IMG/VR virus record: IMGVR_UViG_3300033149_003115
Coordinates: 49,898-113,897 of that record
Strand: one strand, 5' to 3'
DNA from: a virus
Length of the DNA stretch: 64,000 nt
Under the pieces are notes generated by a model, which saw nothing but the letters and a program-made list of their open reading frames with translations, was not told where the DNA came from and ran no database searches. Within the stretch, counting starts at the first letter, position 1, and every line of letters begins with the position of its first letter. The translations under genes were made by a program, and so were the position numbers. This document shows positions 48,659 through 59,040 of this stretch, in pieces.

Positions 48659-50242
48659 ATGTCATACGATAAGGATATAGGAATAGGTATTAAGATTGAA
48701 GTAGACCCTACCACATTTGAGCAGACTAAGGCTAGATTAACTGAGATAGCTACTGTGCTTGAAAAGATAAGCTCAGTCTCCTCAAAGAAGCTAACCCTAG
48801 CTCTTGATGAGGTATCATCATCAGCTAAGAAGACAGCTCAAGCATCTGCTCAGGCTGGTAGACAAATACAGGAGGGGTTGTCTGTCAATGGTACTCCTTT
48901 GTCATCCCTCATAAACCAGTATTCAAACCTGAACACTGTGGTGTCCGACTCTGATGCAGTGTTTGAGGATCTATGGGATGTCCTGGAGAGGGTAAGAAGT
49001 AAGCAGATGACTGCTAAGAAAGGGATGATGGAGTTCAATGATGTCCTTGGAGCATCCACTCCAGTCGTGAGGATGCTGGTGAAGGGATGGGAAAACGTAG
49101 AGGCTATGGCTAAGCAGATGGGGATCAGTGCAGATGACCTAGCTAAGAGGATGCTAAAAGGAGAGATAGCATACTCCAGACAAAGAATAGGATCAATATA
49201 CCTTAACAGAGCTCTAGCTCAACAAGCTCAGGTCTTCAAGTCTGTTAGACTAGGGATGGGAGCTTATGGAACAGCTCTACAGTCACTGGGTAGGACAATG
49301 TTCTGGGTAGGACTAGGATCAATGTTCATAATGATGTCATGGGCTAGGATGCAAAGGAGAGCTAAGCAAGTCACTGCGTCTGCCTTTAGCTTAAAGAGAG
49401 CCTATGTGGATCTGTATCAGGCTCAGTCTAACCTGAAAGAGACCATGCTTGAATATGGGAAAACATCTAAAGAAGCTGTCTTAGCTCAGCTGAGACTGGA
49501 AGAGGCTCAGATGAGGGTTACCCAAGCTGAGGACAATGTGAGATCAGCTACTGAGCAGAATATTTATGCAACTGCTATGTGGATATTTGGAATGGTTCCC
49601 ACATACATCAGAGCTTCATTTGAGATGACCAGTTCTCTAGCTATGCTGACAGCAGCTAAATATCAGGTAGCAGGAGCCTCTATGGTTGAAGCTGCGGGTC
49701 AGAACGCAGCTGCTGGAGCAATCACTATTCATATCCCATTAATAGGAGGTGTCACACTAGCCTACTGGCAATGGGCACTAGCAATAGGAGCTGTGACATT
49801 TGGTCTTAACATATTAATAGGGTTATTAACACAGCAATACGCCATGAGCCAGGCTGAGGCTAGGATAAAGAAGGTGAGAGAGGAAACAGAGAAGTGGGAG
49901 GATGTATTAACTGGACATTCATTAGTGGACTCTTTAGAAGCTACCAGAAATAAGATGATGGAAACCAATCTAAGTACCAAGGAGCTTTCATATTCATTAT
50001 CAAGATTACCTCTAAGATCTCATAGTCCTCTAGAAATTAAAACCACCAGTGGATGGGTAGAAATGAGTAATCTAAATGCTGATCTCAAAGGGTTAGGAGC
50101 AGTGTCTAGTACTAGAAGTGTTAACATTAGTGTCAATGGACCCTGGTATATCAGAGAAGAAGCTGATATTACCAAAATAGCAAAGAAGATCAAGCAGATG
50201 GAAATGAGAGGTATAAGGAATAGTACTGGAGGCAAGATATAA
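48659..50242 (+). CDS. tape measure protein
   Basis: Ala-rich helical protein with hydrophobic stretches; C-terminal VNISVNG...ADITKIAKKI. Confidence 0.8.
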   Translation: MSYDKDIGIGIKIEVDPTTFEQTKARLTEIATVLEKISSVSSKKLTLALDEVSSSAKKTAQASAQAGRQIQEGLSVNGTPLSSLINQYSNLNTVVSDSDAVFEDLWDVLERVRSKQMTAKKGMMEFNDVLGASTPVVRMLVKGWENVEAMAKQMGISADDLAKRMLKGEIAYSRQRIGSIYLNRALAQQAQVFKSVRLGMGAYGTALQSLGRTMFWVGLGSMFIMMSWARMQRRAKQVTASAFSLKRAYVDLYQAQSNLKETMLEYGKTSKEAVLAQLRLEEAQMRVTQAEDNVRSATEQNIYATAMWIFGMVPTYIRASFEMTSSLAMLTAAKYQVAGASMVEAAGQNAAAGAITIHIPLIGGVTLAYWQWALAIGAVTFGLNILIGLLTQQYAMSQAEARIKKVREETEKWEDVLTGHSLVDSLEATRNKMMETNLSTKELSYSLSRLPLRSHSPLEIKTTSGWVEMSNLNADLKGLGAVSSTRSVNISVNGPWYIREEADITKIAKKIKQMEMRGIRNSTGGKI

Positions 50243-50278
50243 CGATAATTCATAGTCCTCTCATTGAGGTGATGAGAC

Positions 50279-53017
50279 ATGAGTAATCCATCTTTGGAAG
50301 CTAGAGCCTCAGTAGAGTGCTTTCAATCAGTGGGGTATATGAATGATGGTCTACATCCCTATAACTCATCCACATCTCCTTATGGGTTTGTCCTGGATGG
50401 GGCTATGTATAGTACAGACAAAGATGTAGGATCTCTCATCACCACTTATCCAAGCTACACCACAATATGGGCTAACCTCGTATTAAATGACAACACCCTG
50501 AGTGTTTCTGATTATCCTTATGTAATAGTGAGAGGAAAGCAGATCTCAGACTCTGCTAACTGGAAGTTTGGTGTTAAGTACACTGACAATAGTGAGACAT
50601 TCTCTCCTCTATATTCTAACACAACATGGGACAGATATGTCCTAGCTCCAGACACTCTAAAATCCTATCAGTCCATAGCTCTAGCATGTCAGGGGACAGC
50701 TTACTTTGATTATGTGTGTATTTCTAGCACTATCCCAATGACATTACATCCTTTAAGCATGACTGTAGATAGGCTACTAACTGAGGAGATCAGTTCAGCT
50801 GAGATAACACTGGATTACGAGGATGTTAAGGATGTTAGCTTCTTAGGGTCTCATCTCAAGATCTGGTTAGCTAAGGAGACTATAGTCACTACTGAGGACT
50901 ATCATAAGGTTTTCACTGGTAAGGTTGAGAAGGTCTCTAAGACCATACAAGGACACACTCCAAGGGATCTGGTGATCGAGGCTACTGGATATGGGAAGTA
51001 CCTACAAAAGAAGATGTTAGGTCATCTAAAGGTCTATGATGGACGTATTCATGACATAGTTAGAGGTATGGTATCGGATCTGGTGGAGGATGGACTAATA
51101 ACATCTAACAGTATCAGTACATTCTCAGATCACACAAGGAAGAAGCTAACATCCAATCAGTCTGTCTTTGATGCATTGGTGGATCTAGCTGAGGACTATG
51201 GAGCTGACTTCTATGTTGATATTGGAGGAGATCTCAACTTCTTTAGAAAAGGTACCAGGGTGAATACTATCAACATAGATGTTGATGAGACTGTGGAGTA
51301 CCCATACTCAGAGGACATTAATAGCCTTATAAACTACCAGGAAGTGGTTGGTCTAGATGGTAAGACCCTGGGAACTGATCTTGAATACTCAGACTCTACT
51401 GTCAACTGGAGCTGTAGTGGGATCCTGGCTGAGGACACTGATATATATGATCCAGCTGGTAACCCTCCATCCATTAGATGTTCACTCCCCTCTGGAGGGA
51501 CTATATGGTTTGCTAGGGACATGGGAACATTAGATCTCTCCTTGGGAGGAGTCCTCCACTTTAGCTTACAGCTCAAGACATTGAGACCTGAGGATCTCAA
51601 ATCTCCTACTCCTAAGATAAGAACATATTTCATAGGTCCTGAGGGTCAGTACTTTGTTGATGTAGAAGCATCAGGAGGTCTCTCTGCTAGGAGATCACTC
51701 TATAGGTATGATGGGATCGAGTACCCGATGTATGTAAATAACTTCTATTTCTGGTATTACCCAATGACCAGGATAGATATCCCTTTTAACTACAAAGCAG
51801 GAACGGAGGAGCAGACAATAGGGACTAACCCAGACTGGTCTGAGATTAACACTATAAAGGTGGAGATCCTGGATCCCTTACCAAGTACTCTAGCTGTGGC
51901 ATGGCTAGACAACATGAGCATAGATGGTGTGTATTATTCTGCTACGATCAGTAATACCTTGTCTATTAAGGAGTATGGCAGATCAGAGGGAGTACCAATA
52001 GGACCTGATCCCTCTCTTGACACTCCTGATAAGTGTACACTAATGGCTAGCTTGATAGTAGCTACTTACAAGGATCCCATTAGGGTGATCGAAGATGTCA
52101 AGACGATCAGGAGCTTTGATTATAACCTAGGGGATGAATGTACTCTAAGTGTCAAAGAGATGTCTAGTGTTCCAGTCATACTGAGAAACATCAGACATGA
52201 GCTAGAAGGGATGAATTTTGATACTTATCTGACCTTCTCTAAGCGATATATACCATCAGCTGAGAAGCTACTAGCCACAGCTAAGAAGCAGCTAGAGGCT
52301 TATGGATGGAATATAGAGGCATGGAAGAGAGCCAAACAACCAACTAACATCACCCCTACCAGATCTGAGGAAATAGAATTCTGGGAAACAGATCTAGAAT
52401 TTCCTAGAGCAGCTTTAGTCAGTGCAGCTTTTGCAGTTTCATTAGGAGATAGTACAAGCAATTATGAATTAAAACACAGTGAATATTTCAATACATTTGA
52501 AGTGGGTGGAGGCGGATATTATAGACTTAAAGTAGCTAATGCATATGATACTCAACCAGGGTTTCATGCTAAAGGAAGATCAATACGAGGCAATAACAAA
52601 ATACAATTTAGATTTAAGGTAATACCAGATTTATGCAATACTACTATTTCAACAAGACAGATCTATATTGGAATACGAGATCCTGATTCAAGCACTGGGT
52701 ACTCTTTCTATTTTGAAGCTCCACCAGGCACAAGTAATGGTGGTTCGCTGTATTTCAGAATAGATGCTGATACATGGGGTTCTCAAGAAGCAATTGGAAC
52801 ATGGACATCTGGAAACACGTATGATTGTTGGGCTATTATAAATCCAGACATTGATGCAGTTCATGTGTATGTAAATGAACAGTTTAAATGTTCAGTATCG
52901 CCTTTAGTGTCAGGAACTTTTTATCCAATAGATGTCACTACTGCTACTCAGAATGCTACGATGGATGCTACTTTACAGGTAGAAATATTTGGATATCAGG
53001 TAGCTCAGGCATGGTGA
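50279..53017 (+). CDS. baseplate hub/tail-tip protein with carbohydrate-binding-like inserts
   Basis: VFTGKVEKV, DLAEDYGADFYVD, SIKEYGR; follows tape measure. Confidence 0.7.
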   Translation: MSNPSLEARASVECFQSVGYMNDGLHPYNSSTSPYGFVLDGAMYSTDKDVGSLITTYPSYTTIWANLVLNDNTLSVSDYPYVIVRGKQISDSANWKFGVKYTDNSETFSPLYSNTTWDRYVLAPDTLKSYQSIALACQGTAYFDYVCISSTIPMTLHPLSMTVDRLLTEEISSAEITLDYEDVKDVSFLGSHLKIWLAKETIVTTEDYHKVFTGKVEKVSKTIQGHTPRDLVIEATGYGKYLQKKMLGHLKVYDGRIHDIVRGMVSDLVEDGLITSNSISTFSDHTRKKLTSNQSVFDALVDLAEDYGADFYVDIGGDLNFFRKGTRVNTINIDVDETVEYPYSEDINSLINYQEVVGLDGKTLGTDLEYSDSTVNWSCSGILAEDTDIYDPAGNPPSIRCSLPSGGTIWFARDMGTLDLSLGGVLHFSLQLKTLRPEDLKSPTPKIRTYFIGPEGQYFVDVEASGGLSARRSLYRYDGIEYPMYVNNFYFWYYPMTRIDIPFNYKAGTEEQTIGTNPDWSEINTIKVEILDPLPSTLAVAWLDNMSIDGVYYSATISNTLSIKEYGRSEGVPIGPDPSLDTPDKCTLMASLIVATYKDPIRVIEDVKTIRSFDYNLGDECTLSVKEMSSVPVILRNIRHELEGMNFDTYLTFSKRYIPSAEKLLATAKKQLEAYGWNIEAWKRAKQPTNITPTRSEEIEFWETDLEFPRAALVSAAFAVSLGDSTSNYELKHSEYFNTFEVGGGGYYRLKVANAYDTQPGFHAKGRSIRGNNKIQFRFKVIPDLCNTTISTRQIYIGIRDPDSSTGYSFYFEAPPGTSNGGSLYFRIDADTWGSQEAIGTWTSGNTYDCWAIINPDIDAVHVYVNEQFKCSVSPLVSGTFYPIDVTTATQNATMDATLQVEIFGYQVAQAW

Positions 53018-53086
53018 TGATGACTATGGGAGAATTAAATGAATTGAAGAAATCGAATCCATATTTCTGGTATTTGGAATGGAGGG

Positions 53087-53734
53087 ATGCTCTTGTCAAT
53101 AGCAATACCAGCTAGAGTGATCACTAAGATAGGAACACTATTCAAGCGTAGAGTGGAGAACATAGCTATCTATCTACTTACTAAGATAAACATCCTCATG
53201 GTCTACTTGATCACTCTAAAGGATCTTTGTAATATCATCCTCATCCTACCTTTCATCATCAATGTGAATGCGTATATCAAGCTCTTACTAAGAGAGATAG
53301 AGCACCTGATGATCTCTGAGCTATCGAGGATATGGTTAAGGTTTAGTAAGAGCATCTCCATCATGGACAAGATCATTCTACACTTCTACGCATCAAGCTC
53401 AATCATCACTGATAAGATCTTAAACCTTAAGATCAAGATGCCAGAGTCTCTAGAAGTACTGGATCTCCTCAAGATCACTTTAGATCTAGGTAAGAACATA
53501 TCAATAAATGAGATCCTGAACTACTTCCTAGTATGGTCAGAGAGTGTAAATATCTCAAGACATATCAAGCTAAGCCTAAGAGGTCTAGTGGACTCTCTTG
53601 GAATATCAGATGATCTAGGATATAATGTTAAATTATCTAAAGACATAACAATAGAGGACAGTATGAGCTACACTCTACAAGGAGAGTATATAAGGTTCGA
53701 TATTGGTAGATTTGATATAGGGAGGATAGGATAA
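53087..53734 (+). CDS. virion protein with Ile/Leu-rich beta-strand repeats
   Basis: Repeated [KE]S[IL]x[IV]xD pattern; ends RFDIGRFDIGRIG. Confidence 0.5.
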   Translation: MLLSIAIPARVITKIGTLFKRRVENIAIYLLTKINILMVYLITLKDLCNIILILPFIINVNAYIKLLLREIEHLMISELSRIWLRFSKSISIMDKIILHFYASSSIITDKILNLKIKMPESLEVLDLLKITLDLGKNISINEILNYFLVWSESVNISRHIKLSLRGLVDSLGISDDLGYNVKLSKDITIEDSMSYTLQGEYIRFDIGRFDIGRIG

Positions 53735-53735
53735 A

Positions 53736-56159
53736 GTGCCAATTACTCACTCCAGTGTAGCTGTGTCTGGAGAGACACTGTGGGCTAATGCATGGAATGC
53801 TGATCACAAGATAACAGATGTTATACCTACTAGTGTTAATGTTTATGATCTGGGTAGCACTAGCTATGAGTTTAGAAATGCTTACTTAGGTGGGACTTTA
53901 TTCCTTGGTACTAACTCAGATGTAAATTTGTATCGTTCAGGTACGGATATCTTGAAAACGGATGATTTATTAATCTTAGGAGATGGTACTAATAAAGATC
54001 TACTAGTATTTAACACCGAGAGATCCTGGAGATTCACAACCAAAGACACTGGAGCTAGCACTAAATTAATTCTTAAGACTGATGTGAATGCTAAAGCTTT
54101 CCAGATTTGCAGAAACGATGATGAATCAATACTTTCGATTTATGCTAACACTCTTGATCCTGAAGTTACAGTCAATGGAAGCTTAATTGTAAATGATCAG
54201 CTTCAGCTCCCTGTACAAGGATCAAGCGGTGGTATACTGATAGGAGGAGATGTTCAGTTATACCGTTATGGTGCTAATGTTTTAAGAACACCAGATCAAA
54301 TAGATGTTGAGACAAAGATATGGTGTGGTGGACCTGTTGATGCTGAGAGATTGTGGATAGGTGGAACTGAAATAATAGATAGCTCAAGGATACTGAAGAA
54401 TATTGCTTCTATTGCTCAGAGTCTTCTTCCAGATGCGGATAACACGAGAGATTTAGGAAGTTCAAGCTATAGGTGGAGAGACTTAAGACTCTCTGGGGAT
54501 GCCTATATCGGTGGTGATGCTCTTATAAGTGGTGTTCTGGACAATCCATATATCAATGCTTATTCAAGTGATTATGGACTCGTTCTTTACTTACCATTTG
54601 AAGAGGGAACTGGAACTTCGGTCTATGACGAATCTCCTCATGGGAATGATGGAACTGTTTATGGTACTCTTTCTGGAACGGTTTACGGGGCATCTTGGGT
54701 TGATGGAAAGTATGACAAGGCTTTAGGCTTTGATGGTGATAACGACTATGTGGAACTGTCAGAACCTCTAACTATTTTTGATAAATCTTTCACAGTTTCC
54801 ATGTGGGTTTGGGCAGATTCAACGATTTCTGGAAGATGGGGGATTCTTCTTGGTGATTATAATCTTGGAGGAATAGATGTTAATTTTGAAATAGTCGAGA
54901 ATGGCAAAATACGATTTTATTGGGCTGGAAATCCAGATCTCAGAGGCACAAAGACTCTGGAAACGGAAAAATGGTATCTCATAACTTTTGTCAGGGATAA
55001 AGACGCTGAAACAGTCAAGGGTTATGTTAATGATGAGCTTGACATTAACTATAGTGGGGCAATATCTGATAAGACTGCAACCGTTCCACATAGAATTGGC
55101 AGAGATGCAAGAACGGGTGATACTGCTTTCGGACCAGGTATTATCGATGATGTTCGTATTTATAACCGAGCCTTAACTGAAGAGGAAATCCAGCAACTAT
55201 ATCAAGGCAAGGACATCGGTGGTGGTCGTGTTCTCTGCTTACGCTTCGATGAAGGAGAAGGTACTACGGTTTACAGCGATAACTGGTGTGATGGGAAGTA
55301 TGGGAAGGCGTTGAGCTTCGACGGCGAAGACGATTTCGCTCTTATAGACGACTCACCATCCTTGCATATTGCCGATGGAACAATAATATTTTGGGTGAAT
55401 AAACTTGCTAATCACGAAGTTACTGCTGACTTCCTGAATAAAAACAGGGGGGGACGCCATGAAGGTGACTTACATATTGGATTAAGAGCTGACGAAAACA
55501 TCGAGATTTGGCTAGACGATGGTGTAGACGAGCATTATGTTACTTCAGGTGTCCTTGGAGGAGGCTGGTATCACGTAGCTTTCACATTCGGTTCTGGCGG
55601 AATGAAATTGTATATTAACAGCGAACTTGTAGACACCAACGCTTACACGGGAGGAATTGAAAATAATACCTGGAAAATAAGCTTGGGAGCAGGAACAGAG
55701 ATAGGGACGGGACTCTGTAAGGTTGAGGGTTTAGATGAGGTTCGCATCTACAACCGAGCTCTCACACTAGAAGAGATAAGAGCTCTATACTTAGCTGGTA
55801 AATCAAGATATTCCAGAAGCATAGTTGTATCAGATAAGTTTAGAATATTTAGCACTTCTCTATCAGAGCTACTAAGGTTAACAACCACAAATCTAAACCT
55901 CAGTGTGTCACTCTTGCCATTATCAGATAGTGTTTATGACATTGGATCATCGAGCTATAAATGGAAAAACCTGTACATCACTAACACTATTAACTTTGGT
56001 ACAGACACCAACCTATATAGGAAGTCAGCTGATCTCTTAGCAACAGATGATGACTTTGATTTCAATCAACATCAAGCTAAGCAGTTTGTGATAGAGAACA
56101 GAACCAGTGATCCTAGCTCTCCAGTTGAGGGACAGCTATGGATCAGGACAGACCTATAG
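53736..56159 (+). CDS. tail fibre/receptor-binding protein with two LamG (ConA-like) domains
   Basis: DVNLYR and DLGSSSYRW fibre repeats; LYLPFEEG, GKY..AL.FDG, DDVRIYNRAL twice. Confidence 0.85.
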   Translation: MPITHSSVAVSGETLWANAWNADHKITDVIPTSVNVYDLGSTSYEFRNAYLGGTLFLGTNSDVNLYRSGTDILKTDDLLILGDGTNKDLLVFNTERSWRFTTKDTGASTKLILKTDVNAKAFQICRNDDESILSIYANTLDPEVTVNGSLIVNDQLQLPVQGSSGGILIGGDVQLYRYGANVLRTPDQIDVETKIWCGGPVDAERLWIGGTEIIDSSRILKNIASIAQSLLPDADNTRDLGSSSYRWRDLRLSGDAYIGGDALISGVLDNPYINAYSSDYGLVLYLPFEEGTGTSVYDESPHGNDGTVYGTLSGTVYGASWVDGKYDKALGFDGDNDYVELSEPLTIFDKSFTVSMWVWADSTISGRWGILLGDYNLGGIDVNFEIVENGKIRFYWAGNPDLRGTKTLETEKWYLITFVRDKDAETVKGYVNDELDINYSGAISDKTATVPHRIGRDARTGDTAFGPGIIDDVRIYNRALTEEEIQQLYQGKDIGGGRVLCLRFDEGEGTTVYSDNWCDGKYGKALSFDGEDDFALIDDSPSLHIADGTIIFWVNKLANHEVTADFLNKNRGGRHEGDLHIGLRADENIEIWLDDGVDEHYVTSGVLGGGWYHVAFTFGSGGMKLYINSELVDTNAYTGGIENNTWKISLGAGTEIGTGLCKVEGLDEVRIYNRALTLEEIRALYLAGKSRYSRSIVVSDKFRIFSTSLSELLRLTTTNLNLSVSLLPLSDSVYDIGSSSYKWKNLYITNTINFGTDTNLYRKSADLLATDDDFDFNQHQAKQFVIENRTSDPSSPVEGQLWIRTDL

Positions 56160-56171
56160 GAGATATGAGAC

Positions 56172-56936
56172 ATGTCAGAGACTATTAGTCTAAGAGTACG
56201 GGTCTACCATGCTGGTAAGATCAGGACACTGAGGGAGAGTACCGCTAGTCCTCTAAGATTAAACATAGGAGGAGAGACTTACTATCTGGAGCTAGTGGAA
56301 CCAACCAATAGGTTTTCCAGTCCTGTCAGAGTGTATCACGGAGGACAGGTGTGGGCTATAGCCTATGGAGATATTATAGTACTTGTAGAATCCCTTGTCA
56401 TAGACGAGTTCTTGAAGTTAGTGTTAAGGTTAATTAAGAGCATTACGGTCCTAGAAAAGCTAAAGATAGACACAATAATCAAAGAGATCATTAGTGTAAC
56501 TAGACATCTTAAAATGAGGTTAAGCTTACCGAATGAGATCATGTCGATCATGGATATTCTCAAGCTCAGACTAAGGATGAGCAAAGCAATTGATATAGCA
56601 GAGGACTGGCTAGCTGAGAAGACATGTGCTACCTGCTATAGCTGTGATACATGTCAAATCTGTGATTCATGTGAGACCTGTGTAACCTGTGAAACCTCTG
56701 AAGTATGTCCATCCTGTGAGATCTGTAACACCTGTGATGTTTGTGACACCTGTCAAAGCTGCATTGGTTGTCAACACTGTGTGGTCTGTTATGGAAGCTG
56801 CTACACATCTTGTCAGAGCTGTTACTCGTGTATGGCTTGTGAGACTTGTGATGTATGTGATTCATGTCAGAGCTGTAATGTGTGTGACGCATGTGATGTA
56901 TGTGAGGTCTGTTATGCTGACTTCTACATTTCATAG
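56172..56936 (+). CDS. virion-associated protein with C-terminal (Cxx)n array (31 Cys)
   Basis: N-terminal SPLR/SPVR repeats, aliphatic repeats, then CATCYSCDTCQIC... Confidence 0.8.
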   Translation: MSETISLRVRVYHAGKIRTLRESTASPLRLNIGGETYYLELVEPTNRFSSPVRVYHGGQVWAIAYGDIIVLVESLVIDEFLKLVLRLIKSITVLEKLKIDTIIKEIISVTRHLKMRLSLPNEIMSIMDILKLRLRMSKAIDIAEDWLAEKTCATCYSCDTCQICDSCETCVTCETSEVCPSCEICNTCDVCDTCQSCIGCQHCVVCYGSCYTSCQSCYSCMACETCDVCDSCQSCNVCDACDVCEVCYADFYIS

Positions 56937-56951
56937 AGGAGTGATGAAAGG

Positions 56952-57269
56952 ATGACAATTAGCTGTACCAATTGTGACACGTGCCAGAGCTGTGTTGTGT
57001 GTGAGGTTTGCTATTCATGTGATGTCTGTGATGCTTGCAATACATGTGTGACCTGTCAGACTTGTGATATCTGTGAGCTATGTGATGTCTGTGATTCATG
57101 CAACACTTGTGAATTTTGTCATTCCTGTGACTGGTGTGTAGTTTGTCAAGCTTGTAATTCTTGCCAGTCGTGTGTGACATGTGAGAAGTGTGATTCATGT
57201 TTTAGCTGCTATAGTTGTGAGAACTGTGACTCGTGTGAACTATGCGTGACCTGTCAGCTGGTGATATAG
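56952..57269 (+). CDS. Cys-every-third-residue protein (33 perfectly phased Cxx units)
   Basis: MTIS(Cxx)33VI; GAGGAGTGA RBS. Confidence 0.8.
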   Translation: MTISCTNCDTCQSCVVCEVCYSCDVCDACNTCVTCQTCDICELCDVCDSCNTCEFCHSCDWCVVCQACNSCQSCVTCEKCDSCFSCYSCENCDSCELCVTCQLVI

Positions 57270-57285
57270 GGAGTGAGTTATAAAC

Positions 57286-58566
57286 ATGTCAAGATGTATA
57301 GAGTGTGAGGTATGTGTAATGACACAAAACCCTAGATGTTCTAGCTGTTACACCTGTCAGAAGTGTGTGACGTGTCAGATCATGAAGGGGAAAGGAGATG
57401 GAGGAGGACTAACCAGGGGTCCTTATCCAATTACTGGGATAACATTGTTCCCAACAGATCACTGTAACTTTAGATGTACCTACTGTTTCACTTATGAGTA
57501 TGAGAGAGAGTTCACTGGTAGGATGAACTGGGATACAGCTAAACAGTCCATAGACTTCCTTCTAAAGAACTCTGGTAACAACAGAATGGTGAGCATACAC
57601 TTCTTTGGTGGAGAGCCATTATTAGAATATGATCTAATAAAGAGAATGGTAAAGTATGGAGATAGAGAAGCTAAGAAATACAACAAGGAAATACGATGGG
57701 GTATGACTTCAAACTGCTCATTGATAACAAGGGATATTAACAGCTTTCTTAGAAAGCATAAGTTCAAGATCCTAGCTTCAATCGATGGATGGAGAGAATC
57801 TCACAATACTCACAGAGTAGATAAAGAGGGTAAAGGAACCTTTGATAGAGTTATCAGAGGAATAAAGATGTTGAAAGAATGGAGAACACCAGAGCTGAGA
57901 TGGACTCTTACTCCCCAGACATTGAAGTATGTGTCTAGTGACATTAGAAAGCTTGTAGACATGGGCTTCTCATCATTTGCACTGGAGCCAGTGTATGAGA
58001 TAGAATGGACTGAGGATGACTATGATGAGTATGAGAGGATGTTGAGAGATGTTTCAGATTTTCTCCTTGAACTAGCTGCTAAGAACAAGACCATTCATGT
58101 TAAGCCAATAGTGGATGGTCTACTAGTCTTTCAGCTAAATACCAGGATGAGAGACAGATGTGGACTTGCTAAGGGATCAGTTGGAGTGTCTCCATCTGGT
58201 GAGATATTCAGATGTCATAGGTTTGTAGGACAGTATGCTCACAAGATAGGGGATGTCTGGAAAGGGATAGATGTAGATAAGGCAGCTGTGATCAATAGCT
58301 CATGGGACATTAACAAAGTACATCCAGTCGGTGATGAGGATCAGGAGAAATGTAAGAACTGTAGAGCCAGAGTTATATGTACTGGAGGATGTCTGGCAGT
58401 GAACTATGATCTCTACAAGGATATCTTCACTGTTCCAGAGGTGTACTGTAAGCTGAATGAGATCAAGGTTAAAGTAGCTACAGACTTCTATTTGGAAATG
58501 ATTAATAAGTATCCCCTGTTATTAAATAGATATATGAAGCTAAGAAGGAGAAGGAGCAATAAGTAG
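57286..58566 (+). CDS. radical SAM/SPASM peptide-maturase-like enzyme with an N-terminal (Cxx) segment
   Basis: CNFRCTYC, FFGGEPLL, SIDG; full SPASM CGLA...RCHRF...CKNC.....CTGGC...YC. Confidence 0.9.
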   Translation: MSRCIECEVCVMTQNPRCSSCYTCQKCVTCQIMKGKGDGGGLTRGPYPITGITLFPTDHCNFRCTYCFTYEYEREFTGRMNWDTAKQSIDFLLKNSGNNRMVSIHFFGGEPLLEYDLIKRMVKYGDREAKKYNKEIRWGMTSNCSLITRDINSFLRKHKFKILASIDGWRESHNTHRVDKEGKGTFDRVIRGIKMLKEWRTPELRWTLTPQTLKYVSSDIRKLVDMGFSSFALEPVYEIEWTEDDYDEYERMLRDVSDFLLELAAKNKTIHVKPIVDGLLVFQLNTRMRDRCGLAKGSVGVSPSGEIFRCHRFVGQYAHKIGDVWKGIDVDKAAVINSSWDINKVHPVGDEDQEKCKNCRARVICTGGCLAVNYDLYKDIFTVPEVYCKLNEIKVKVATDFYLEMINKYPLLLNRYMKLRRRRSNK

Positions 58567-59019
58567 ATGGAGGAGCATATCAGGATTAAAGAACGTCTTA
58601 GACTGGTGGTCCAGGACAAGAAGACTCACAAGATCATAGAGGAGAAGATAATAGAGCCTAAAGTCTCCAGGTGGGGTAAGTTCTTAGCAAGGATCCTTGG
58701 TAAAGAGGTACATGCCACTGTTTTAGACTATGGGAAGGAGATGGCAGCTAAGCTATATGGTGGGATATCTCCAGCTTATTCTATAGATCAGATAGGGACT
58801 GACAATGGAGGATGGAAATCAGCTACCAGAACCTATGAAGCTGTTGGTACTCTAAGAGTAGATAACAGCCTGGATCCATGGACCACATCTGGTCAGTATA
58901 ATTGGATAAAGTGTAGAAGCTCAGGTGATACTGTTAATACCCATAACTCTATCAAAGTGGATATTGATATCAGCTCTGGACAACAGTGGTGGGCTGAGGT
59001 ACAATTTGTGTTTAGCTAG
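58567..59019 (+). CDS. putative virion structural protein
   Basis: Beta-rich; similar to the domains of 59041. Confidence 0.55.
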   Translation: MEEHIRIKERLRLVVQDKKTHKIIEEKIIEPKVSRWGKFLARILGKEVHATVLDYGKEMAAKLYGGISPAYSIDQIGTDNGGWKSATRTYEAVGTLRVDNSLDPWTTSGQYNWIKCRSSGDTVNTHNSIKVDIDISSGQQWWAEVQFVFS

Positions 59020-59040
59020 AAAGAGGAGAGGAGAACAGTC

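Noticed and set aside
53736-56159. Diversity-generating retroelement target
   Set aside because: No reverse transcriptase and no template/variable repeat pair differing only at adenines in the window
56620-57260. DNA-level tandem repeat, or His-rich ORFs on the minus strand
   Set aside because: The periodicity comes from TGT/TGC codons every 9 nt; the antisense ORFs are shadows of the Cys arrays
56172-57269. Multiheme cytochrome or ferredoxin
   Set aside because: Only one incidental CxxCH and no ferredoxin CxxCxxCxxxCP spacing
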